IMG/VR virus record: IMGVR_UViG_3300025313_000008
Span: 1 to 24,377 of that record
Origin: a virus
Length of the DNA: 24,377 nucleotides
Reading direction: 5' to 3' (one strand)
Position 1 is the stretch's first letter. Every line of letters starts with the position of its first letter. The notes beneath the pieces were generated by a model, which ran no database searches, was not told where the DNA came from, and saw only the letters and a program-made list of their open reading frames with translations. Shown piece by piece: positions 8,233-15,234 of the stretch. A program made the translations under genes and the position numbers.

Positions 8233-8310
8233 ATCTGGAAAATACCCCGTTTTTCCAGATTTAAGTTCATTATGGTAAAAAACTATAATATTATGGTAAA
8301 TTACTATAAT
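8233..8310. repeat. 10-bp inverted repeat plus 2x 21-bp tandem quasi-palindromes
   Basis: atctggaaaa..ttttccagat (8233-8260); attatggtaaaaaactataat / attatggtaaattactataat (8269-8310). Confidence 0.7.
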
Positions 8311-8327
8311 AGAAAAAAAGAAAAAAA
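8311..8327 (-). terminator. archaeal oligo-T terminator
   Basis: T7-C-T7 directly after the stop of 8331..8507. Confidence 0.6.
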
Positions 8328-8330
8328 GGC

Positions 8331-8507
8331 TTAGCCGAATATACGTTTACCTAGTGTAAAGCCAAGTCCTACTAATTGTGCTCCAATGAGTACAAACAAT
8401 GTATTAGCATCGCCTATTACTCCTGTAGCAGTTCCAATTACTCCTAACAAGGTTGTTGAACCTATTAGGGCTAATGGTACGTTGTCATTTGTTCCGTTTG
8501 TTGCCAT
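8331..8507 (-). CDS. 58-aa hydrophobic 2-TM protein (missed by the ORF track)
   Basis: MATNGTNDNVPLALIGSTTLLGVIGTATGVIGDANTLFVLIGAQLVGLGFTLGKRIFG; TTTAAA box upstream, T-tract downstream. Confidence 0.8.
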   Translation of the reverse strand: MATNGTNDNVPLALIGSTTLLGVIGTATGVIGDANTLFVLIGAQLVGLGFTLGKRIFG

Positions 8508-8535
8508 TGTGAGTGTGTGTAATAGGAAGGGTAAT

Positions 8536-8769
8536 TTAAAGCTTTCTTATCACTGGTCTATGTAAAGCGTCATTTGCTATGTGTGTGTGCTTCAATACGC
8601 TAGCTTGGGCTTCTGTTTCTGTTTGCCATGATTTTCCACAATGATGAATACACCTATCATTTTTGTTATTATGACAATGAATAGCACAACCGCTTAGAAA
8701 ATTAGAACAGTCTTTTTTATCTTCAAAGTGCCTACAACTTACTTCATAATTCTTTTCTGCCATTAACAT
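8536..8769 (-). CDS. Cys/His-rich metal-binding protein
   Basis: Multiple C/H residues; TTTATATT box upstream. Confidence 0.6.
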   Translation of the reverse strand: MLMAEKNYEVSCRHFEDKKDCSNFLSGCAIHCHNNKNDRCIHHCGKSWQTETEAQASVLKHTHIANDALHRPVIRKL

Positions 8770-8793
8770 GGTTGGTTTTTACTATAATATAAA

Positions 8794-9954
8794 CTATTTT
8801 ACTGCTTCTTTAATCTTCTGAAATAATCCTTCTTCATGTGTTCCTTTAGCATAAACAACATATATCTTTGATAAAGTCTTACCTTCTGCCTTTCTTACCA
8901 CACGCCCGATACGTTGAACTATTGTGGTTTCATTCTTATTACTGGCGACTATGATTCCATGTCGTATATTTGGAACATCATAACCTAAATCAAGTGTATG
9001 AACTGTACCTATTACATGAAATGTTTTACCAAAGTTTTCAAGTATTTCTTTTCTCTTTTTCTTTCCCGTTTTTGCTGTAATGAATTCAAAACAATCACCC
9101 ATTATAGATTTCAATAATTCTAATGTTTGTATTCGCTCACAAAATACTATTGTTTGCTCATTGTTGAAGCTTTTTACCAATTCATATACTTTGTTTGCTT
9201 TTTCATGATTGTATTCCATAAGAAGCTTTCTTGCTTGAACTGCTTTGAACCACATTCCTGCCTCTCTTACACGTCCAAGCATTCTTTGTATATCTCGTGG
9301 ATTTGAAGTACCCATTGCATCGCTTAAATTCTTAATTGTGTTGCTGTATTGCGTATAAGCAATTTGACTTTCAGGTGAAAGACTAATGCTGTGATCTTCA
9401 ACTACAACTGGTGAAAGATAATCATTGCTAATAGCATCATTTAAATCTATTTCGCCTAAAACTGGACATGTTCGTAGAATTGTGCCAAATCTTTCATAGT
9501 TGAATTTATCCAAAGTAGCGGTTAAACATAACATATGTAAACCTTGATCATCAGCAATCTTCATTATTTCGCTAAATTTCTCAGCATAATCAGAAGCCAG
9601 ATGAACTTCATCGAAAACAATAAAGTCAAACTCATTGATAAGATGTAATTCATTGCTAATACTTTGATAAGTTGAAACGATTATTGATTGTTCTAGTTCT
9701 TTTTCAAGTGAATAATACGAACCAGCGACTAAACCATAGCCCTTTATTCGTTCAGTAGTTTGCTCTACCAATGTTATTCTAGGAGCAAGAAACAGTATTT
9801 TGGTTTCTTTTCGTTCTTGTAGGTATTGTTCCATGATTCCTATTGCTATTTCAGTTTTACCAGTTCCTGTTGCAAATAAGAAGGTTCCCCTTTTATTAGC
9901 ATTAAAGAATTTGTCTTTTGCATCAGTTTGATAGTCACGAAGGTTTACACTCAT
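8794..9954 (-). CDS. superfamily II (XPB/Rad25-like) DExH helicase
   Basis: LRDYQ, ATGTGKT, DEVH, TAT, LDLGYDVP, QRIGRVVR motifs. Confidence 0.92.
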   Translation of the reverse strand: MSVNLRDYQTDAKDKFFNANKRGTFLFATGTGKTEIAIGIMEQYLQERKETKILFLAPRITLVEQTTERIKGYGLVAGSYYSLEKELEQSIIVSTYQSISNELHLINEFDFIVFDEVHLASDYAEKFSEIMKIADDQGLHMLCLTATLDKFNYERFGTILRTCPVLGEIDLNDAISNDYLSPVVVEDHSISLSPESQIAYTQYSNTIKNLSDAMGTSNPRDIQRMLGRVREAGMWFKAVQARKLLMEYNHEKANKVYELVKSFNNEQTIVFCERIQTLELLKSIMGDCFEFITAKTGKKKRKEILENFGKTFHVIGTVHTLDLGYDVPNIRHGIIVASNKNETTIVQRIGRVVRKAEGKTLSKIYVVYAKGTHEEGLFQKIKEAVK

Positions 9955-10199
9955 TTGTTTTTCGCCTCATAAAGTCTTATTGCTTCACAATGTTTACAAT
10001 CCTTACTCTTAGAAAACTTCCAACCAACACATTTACAATAAAGATCAAAACTATATTTCGATTGATCTGCTCGTTCAACTTCATATGAATTATCCCCTTT
10101 AGTTGAACTTACCAACCAATGATTTGAATCTAATTCTTGAATTAAATCTTTTTCAACTAAATCTTGTGCTTGTTTCGTTTGACTTTCGCTTAATGTCAT
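9951..10199 (-). CDS. SWIM zinc-finger protein
   Basis: YEV...CKC..W......CKHC SWIM signature; TTTATATA box 24 nt upstream. Confidence 0.85.
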   Translation of the reverse strand: MTLSESQTKQAQDLVEKDLIQELDSNHWLVSSTKGDNSYEVERADQSKYSFDLYCKCVGWKFSKSKDCKHCEAIRLYEAKNK

Positions 10200-10254
10200 A
10201 CTATACCTTACCCCGTAGCGTATATAAACCCTTGTTTGTGTAAATTAACAACAA

Positions 10255-10851
10255 TCACCATATTTCTCTTAATGTATATAAATAAATATATTTTCCTTTA
10301 GTAGTTTCATATTTGGCTTCTCCATTTTTTAATGCTTTTTTTAATCTAATGGCATATGGCTTTAGTTTTCCATTGTAATATGATCTTATAGCTTTGTCAT
10401 GATATCTTCTTCCATTCCACATTATAACTCGGCTTTTTGCAGTTGTTCCTAAATTCTTAAAATGTGTTGCTTTGTAGATAGTGCCTTGATGATTAAATTC
10501 TGGATCTGCATATGATACAACTTTCTTTATGCCTGTATTATTCTTGAGCCATCTTAAACATTTGCCTATGAAGAATGATTCTGTGTTTTTAGGCGTATCA
10601 TCTATACAACAAAGTCTCCGTAGCTCAATAAGGTCTTCTTTCTTATTCACATACTTTTTCCAAGTATTAGCCATAGCTAACCAACCAAATACCATAGCTC
10701 CTATTAAATTACCATTACATTCTAACTTGAAACAATAAGTTGAAATTACACCGTTTATGTTTTTTGAATAATGCCATTTTTCTACAAAGTCCCGTATTTC
10801 ATTACGTTCACAAGGCGACACTACCATATTGCTAATACTTATTTTACTCAT
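10255..10851 (-). CDS. Mom-family (GNAT-fold) DNA adenine modification protein
   Basis: WHYS, ELRRL, PKNTESFFIG, VSYAD...HQGTIYKATHF motifs typical of Mu Mom-like proteins. Confidence 0.8.
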   Translation of the reverse strand: MSKISISNMVVSPCERNEIRDFVEKWHYSKNINGVISTYCFKLECNGNLIGAMVFGWLAMANTWKKYVNKKEDLIELRRLCCIDDTPKNTESFFIGKCLRWLKNNTGIKKVVSYADPEFNHQGTIYKATHFKNLGTTAKSRVIMWNGRRYHDKAIRSYYNGKLKPYAIRLKKALKNGEAKYETTKGKYIYLYTLREIW

Positions 10852-11005
10852 GTAATTTCCTATCTAATTCAAAACATTCACATGGTTCATTGATAATGTC
10901 AAATGAACAATCTTCTTGAACGCCTTTTATTTGTATTGTGTGTTGTGGCATGATTCTCATACAATCCTTATGTCTTTCTTTTATACAAAACCAACATTTA
11001 GTCAT
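10844..11005 (-). CDS. 53-aa Cys/His micro-protein
   Basis: MTKCWFCIKERHKDC...DCSFD...PCEC. Confidence 0.65.
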   Translation of the reverse strand: MTKCWFCIKERHKDCMRIMPQHTIQIKGVQEDCSFDIINEPCECFELDRKLHE

Positions 11006-11067
11006 TTGGAACTATCACCCAATACGATGTACCATATCTACTAATTCTCTTATATTTCCATGGAAAT

Positions 11068-11313
11068 TTAAACTCCAATTATATATCCACCTTTCTTTAA
11101 TGTAATGTTTAAACCCAATGCTACTTTTTCTGATGCTATCAATTCATTGCCATTCTTATGAGCCCATCTTACTATCCATTCTTCTGAATTGAGATCATCT
11201 GTTAATATCAATATTTCGTCATTATTTTCCATTTTACGCATTTCTATTTCTATTTTAAATAAGTTCTCCGGCACAAAAAGTCCACGCAGATCTAGTTTTG
11301 TTTGTTCACTCAT
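11068..11313 (-). CDS. TusA/SirA-fold protein lacking the persulfide Cys
   Basis: LDLRGLFVPEN vs consensus LDxRGLxCPxP; ILTDD...I.RW...G.EL pattern; probable start at ATG 11313 (ATGA overlap). Confidence 0.75.
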   Translation of the reverse strand: MSEQTKLDLRGLFVPENLFKIEIEMRKMENNDEILILTDDLNSEEWIVRWAHKNGNELIASEKVALGLNITLKKGGYIIGV

Positions 11314-11954
11314 GCTACTTTCCACTCTTTTTTCTTTGATATTTGTTGACAATGGGGGCATATTAACTTTGTTTCATTTTTAATGTAGCTTTTACGGAGT
11401 ATTCTTGAATAACTAAGGTTTTTCAAATCTGTATAGGCTTTCTCTATACTTAGTTTTCCATTTCTTACTTTGCCTTGTATTTCATTATTAGCATGTTCCA
11501 TTATGTATACCGACTTTGATACTGTTAAACCATTTACTCCTATTGTTTTTCCTATTATATCACCTACATTTCCTCTTTTTATACCGTCGTAATCTTCACC
11601 GCCATAATGTCTTTTTCGTGCAAGTTCTTTTTCTATAACATACATTTGATACATTAACTCTACGCGTTGAAATGCATTTAAATGTCTTCTTCTTACATTG
11701 CAATTTATTACATATCTTTTTTCTTCTTCTTTTGTTGCAAATTCTTGTATTCTATATTTTACTTCTATTCCCAATTCTTGACAAATTTCATATCTTGTAT
11801 ATCCATCTAGTATGAATCCATCTCTATTGATTACAATCGGATCATGTTGTCCATGTAGCATTATATCTTCTTTTAATGCCATACGTTCTTCTTTTGTAGG
11901 TCTTGGAACCAAGACTAAATATTCTTCTTTTACTTTAATTATTATTTTTACCAT
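11310..11954 (-). CDS. ParB/Srx N-terminal domain protein with HTH and C-terminal CPHC
   Basis: LKEDI..HGQHDPIVI....ILDGYTRY; NVRRRHL. Confidence 0.85.
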   Translation of the reverse strand: MVKIIIKVKEEYLVLVPRPTKEERMALKEDIMLHGQHDPIVINRDGFILDGYTRYEICQELGIEVKYRIQEFATKEEEKRYVINCNVRRRHLNAFQRVELMYQMYVIEKELARKRHYGGEDYDGIKRGNVGDIIGKTIGVNGLTVSKSVYIMEHANNEIQGKVRNGKLSIEKAYTDLKNLSYSRILRKSYIKNETKLICPHCQQISKKKEWKVA

Positions 11955-12210
11955 TTCCCTTTAACCTCTTTCTAATCATTGAGTATAATATAAACGATAC
12001 TTGAATAATTGATACTGTTTCAACTAAATCAACACCATAAAGAAGCCAATCTAATACAGGATTAACTCTAGAAACATGACCCCATTGTAAGTAAAGATCA
12101 AGATTCCATATCATATGAGGTATTTGAATTATCTGAATTATTGCAATAATGATTACTGAACCAAGTATCTTATTTTCGTACCAGTTCCAGAATCTAGTCC
12201 AACCGTTCAA
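11935..12210 (-). CDS. membrane protein
   Basis: Two hydrophobic segments. Confidence 0.7.
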   Translation of the reverse strand: MNGWTRFWNWYENKILGSVIIIAIIQIIQIPHMIWNLDLYLQWGHVSRVNPVLDWLLYGVDLVETVSIIQVSFILYSMIRKRLKGNGKNNN

Positions 12211-12658
12211 CCCAAACCTTGTCCAGTGGATCTTTCCACCACATATTTTGTTTTGTAAAGTCTGTAATTAATTTGTTATTCTTGTATAATTTCATACTTG
12301 CACCACTCATTTTATGTATTTCTGCACTTACCTTATCTGTACCATTTAATACATTCTTTCCTACAATCATTAAAACAATAACAACTTCATCGTCATATCC
12401 ACGCCATCCACATGATAAATATAATTGAATTTCATTTTCCTCTTCGCCCGGATTTGGACTAGTAGCATCCTTATAGACTTCACAATATTTGTATGGAAAT
12501 ATTTCAGAATTCCAATCAGGTGGAAGAGTCACTACTTTTCCTTTATAAAGTTCAACTAGTTTCCATCCATCAAGATGTTTTTTTATTCTTGGATCTATCT
12601 TATCCAAGTCTGCTTGTGTAAATTTCTCTTTAAATATAGAGAATGTTTGTTTAGTCAT
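12194..12658 (-). CDS. hypothetical protein
   Basis: ORF track, 154 aa. Confidence 0.75.
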   Translation of the reverse strand: MTKQTFSIFKEKFTQADLDKIDPRIKKHLDGWKLVELYKGKVVTLPPDWNSEIFPYKYCEVYKDATSPNPGEEENEIQLYLSCGWRGYDDEVVIVLMIVGKNVLNGTDKVSAEIHKMSGASMKLYKNNKLITDFTKQNMWWKDPLDKVWVERLD

Positions 12659-12746
12659 CTTTTTCTACTTTCATTTGACAATGGAGACATATATTCTTAT
12701 AGGTAATAGTTGTTTCTTTTCCACATTCAGCACAATACTTAGTCAA
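12651..12746 (-). CDS. 31-aa CxxC..CxxC micro-protein (TTG start)
   Basis: TKYCAECGK...ICLHCQ. Confidence 0.5.
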   Translation of the reverse strand: MTKYCAECGKETTITYKNICLHCQMKVEKDD

Positions 12747-12752
12747 AGCTAA

Positions 12753-12872
12753 TCATCTTTTTTCCATTTTTTGAAAGTCTATTCTACATTGAGGATGTGT
12801 GTAATGAAGAGGTAGGCATGGTTCGTTACATACGAAGCAAATACCACCGCCTTTAGGAAGTTCATTAGTCAT
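12753..12872 (-). CDS. 39-aa CxxC..HxxC micro-protein
   Basis: MTNELPKGGGICFVCNEPCLPLHYTHPQCR. Confidence 0.5.
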   Translation of the reverse strand: MTNELPKGGGICFVCNEPCLPLHYTHPQCRIDFQKMEKR

Positions 12873-12985
12873 CATTGATCTCCACCAACTCTATAATTCA
12901 TTCTACGTTTGTGACATTTACACTCACAACTAACTGGCTTATGACAAAGACCGTGTATGTCATTATTACAATTTTCTGTAATCAT
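12872..12985 (-). CDS. 37-aa C/H micro-protein
   Basis: MITENCNNDIHGLCHKPVSCECKCH; TTTAAA box upstream. Confidence 0.55.
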   Translation of the reverse strand: MITENCNNDIHGLCHKPVSCECKCHKRRMNYRVGGDQ

Positions 12986-13040
12986 AAAAGTGTATAACAC
13001 TAATAGCATTTAAACATTAATATTTGAAAAAGATTTATAT

Positions 13041-13175
13041 TTACCAAGTTGATTCGGGATTATTAGAACATCCTTTATCAGAACAAGTCAAATGAGCACC
13101 ACAATTTCCACAAAACAAATGACAAGTTTGCATATTCCACATTTTTTTACCACATTGTGGACATTTCTCAGCCAA
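13041..13175 (-). CDS. 44-aa CPxCG zinc-finger micro-protein (archaeal type)
   Basis: CPQCG..M....CHLFCGNCGAHLTCSDKG. Confidence 0.7.
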   Translation of the reverse strand: MAEKCPQCGKKMWNMQTCHLFCGNCGAHLTCSDKGCSNNPESTW

Positions 13176-13449
13176 AGTGACCAAACCTATTTCTTCCTTC
13201 AATATCTTCTTCTTTCTCAGACATTTTTATTATTTGTGATAACATTGCCCTTCCTGCTAAATATTGCTTCCATGATTGAAGTGTTTCTAAACATTCACAA
13301 TCTGGACATTTGATTTTTTGTGTTTTTATCCATTCATCAACCAAACTGCCTTTTTTTATTCCTAATATTTTAACCGCGTCACAATTAGTACAACCTACTC
13401 TAGCTTCATAAACCGTGGGATCTGTATTCTTTTCGTGATTAAGTATCAT
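13168..13449 (-). CDS. zinc-ribbon protein
   Basis: CTNC...CPDC. Confidence 0.7.
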   Translation of the reverse strand: MILNHEKNTDPTVYEARVGCTNCDAVKILGIKKGSLVDEWIKTQKIKCPDCECLETLQSWKQYLAGRAMLSQIIKMSEKEEDIEGRNRFGHFG

Positions 13450-13673
13450 TATCTCTCTAACATTAAAGAATGAACTTCTAGTATATTAGTCCTTAATTCG
13501 TCCCAATTTCTGCCTTGTGTTACTGCATGTAATTCTGGACATTGGGCGATCATAAATCCATCTTCACCATGACTTATTTCATACATATATGTATCCATTT
13601 CCATTATATTTTCTGTTTCATTGTATTTTGCCGTACCCTTGGAAATGTAATAATACTCAGGAATTTTCTCCAT
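13449..13673 (-). CDS. HicB-like (partial RNase H fold) protein
   Basis: EDGFMIAQCPELHAVTQGRNWDELRTNILE matches the HicB N-terminal pattern. Confidence 0.75.
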   Translation of the reverse strand: MEKIPEYYYISKGTAKYNETENIMEMDTYMYEISHGEDGFMIAQCPELHAVTQGRNWDELRTNILEVHSLMLER

Positions 13674-14007
13674 TTCCTAATACCGATTCTGCTTCTAAAA
13701 GGTTTTTTGCTTCAGTTTTACCATTATCTAAATCTATTACTTCTTTTACATCCATTAATCCTGTATTTTCTTTTTCTTGCTGTTCTTTAATAATGTAACG
13801 TGCAAGTTGTTCTTGAAGTGCTTTTACTTCTCCTTCTAACTTCCTAGATGTTTGCATGGATTTCCCTAATTCCATGTTACTTTTGTATAAACATTTCATA
13901 AGTTCTTTGTGTGAATGTCCCCTGTGTGTTGCTGTGCTTTTACCAAGAACTTTTTGATCCCACCCGCATACGCTGGATTTGATATTGCCGATAATAGAAC
14001 CAGCCAC
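13657..14007 (-). CDS. coiled-coil hypothetical protein
   Basis: ORF track. Confidence 0.65.
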   Translation of the reverse strand: MAGSIIGNIKSSVCGWDQKVLGKSTATHRGHSHKELMKCLYKSNMELGKSMQTSRKLEGEVKALQEQLARYIIKEQQEKENTGLMDVKEVIDLDNGKTEAKNLLEAESVLGNGENS

Positions 14008-14009
14008 AT

Positions 14010-14237
14010 TTAATCGCCTTTTTTACTTTTCTTTTTCTTTTCAGTTTTAGATAAATGAACCATTGTATCCACAACGCCTATAGTGCTTTTTAAGTCGATT
14101 CTGTGTTGAACCAAATCAACTACATATATTCCTGTTTTATCAACTGAAGCAATTTCTACAACTTCCCCTTCTCGTGGGATATAAGGGAGTCGTTGTTTGT
14201 TTTGTGGTTTTCCATCTATTACAAAAATCACAGCCAT
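14010..14237 (-). CDS. hypothetical protein
   Basis: ORF track; TTATATA box ~24 nt upstream. Confidence 0.7.
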   Translation of the reverse strand: MAVIFVIDGKPQNKQRLPYIPREGEVVEIASVDKTGIYVVDLVQHRIDLKSTIGVVDTMVHLSKTEKKKKSKKGD

Positions 14238-14270
14238 ATAAACCCTTAAACGTTCCTAGTATATAACTAA

Positions 14271-14399
14271 TTAGTTAAATGTAGAATCTATTGCATGATC
14301 AAAACATACATAATGAAATAAGCCACCTAAACCAACTCTATGAGTTGCTTTTTCATTGCAAAGTCTATTACAACACTTTATCTTTGATTTTTTCTTCAT
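14271..14399 (-). CDS. 42-aa C/H micro-protein
   Basis: MKKKSKIKCCNRLCNEKATH...VCFDHA. Confidence 0.55.
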   Translation of the reverse strand: MKKKSKIKCCNRLCNEKATHRVGLGGLFHYVCFDHAIDSTFN

Positions 14400-14401
14400 T
14401 T

Positions 14402-14710
14402 TTATCTACCATTATTACAATTTGGGTGTCTAGTTATGTGTTCATCGCAGTAATATTCGATGCATTCGTTACAGACATTTATTGCTCCTCGATTCCATTC
14501 TTTTTCACAAACTTTACAATAGACTTCTTTGATATGGTGTCTTGCACCTAATACATCATCTCTTGTTAGTTCTTCGGCTTTCTTTAATTGTCGTTTTTTA
14601 GTTAAATCTTCTCCTTTAAATCTTGGTTTGATGTTCCATTCATCTATTTCCCAATCTCGCCAGTCTTCACTACCCATTACTTGTTTAATGGATTGCTGAT
14701 ATTTAACCAT
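14402..14710 (-). CDS. AN1/B-box-like zinc-finger protein
   Basis: CKVC...CNEC...YCDEH...HPNC. Confidence 0.7.
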   Translation of the reverse strand: MVKYQQSIKQVMGSEDWRDWEIDEWNIKPRFKGEDLTKKRQLKKAEELTRDDVLGARHHIKEVYCKVCEKEWNRGAINVCNECIEYYCDEHITRHPNCNNGR

Positions 14711-15135
14711 TCTAATCTGTTCTGTGCTTGTGGTCTTTTTGATTTCACTAATGTAAACGCATCTTCTAATGTAAGTCCTAATCTAGTATGCATATACCAT
14801 GTCATAGCCAATGGACTTCGTTCCATACCAGCTCCACAGTGAACCAATAATCTTTCTTTTGCATCTATATGGTTTTGAATAATATGTGCTACTACGTCTA
14901 GTTGCACGGGCAAAGCTCTATCAACATATTCATGAATTAGATAATCCGTATCTTTTCCATCTTTATCTTTCATCATTATTTTTTCAAATCTTAATGTTAG
15001 AATAGGAATATGTAATATACTTAATGGTAATCTTTCAGGTCTAGTTTCTAAAACACATACTGCATTACCATCCCATACTAAAGCGTCTTCTAGATCACCT
15101 ATCCAGATGTCATGAATGATTTGATTTGCAGTCAT
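14677..15135 (-). CDS. dual-specificity (Cys-based) phosphatase
   Basis: LLVHCGAGMERS catalytic CX5R loop; 'DAFTLVKSKRP'. Confidence 0.9.
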   Translation of the reverse strand: MTANQIIHDIWIGDLEDALVWDGNAVCVLETRPERLPLSILHIPILTLRFEKIMMKDKDGKDTDYLIHEYVDRALPVQLDVVAHIIQNHIDAKERLLVHCGAGMERSPLAMTWYMHTRLGLTLEDAFTLVKSKRPQAQNRLEWLNISNPLNK

Positions 15136-15174
15136 ATCAATAGAATGTATATATTATTACATATTTAAACTAAT

Positions 15175-15232
15175 AGCAAGTGGGGAGTAAATTTCTAAGC
15201 ATGAAAGGTATAGGAACTCCCTTTACTTCGCT
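15175..15232 (-). ncRNA. structured RNA motif, copy B (3' of the ROT/TerD gene)
   Basis: AGC-G-AAGT-AAA-GGGAGT-TCCTA..TTTC/GAAA..ACTCCC-C-ACTT-GCT. Confidence 0.75.
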
Positions 15233-15234
15233 GT

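Noticed and set aside
11054-11067. 14-bp perfect palindrome ATTTCCATGGAAAT (similarly TAACTAATTAGTTA at 14264-14277)
   Set aside because: Single AT-rich occurrences, plausible by chance; no recurring motif
11314-11361. N-terminal extension of the TusA-like ORF (and the 19555..19599 extension of the SprT-like ORF)
   Set aside because: Downstream ATGs fit the domain boundary, ATGA coupling or TATA spacing better
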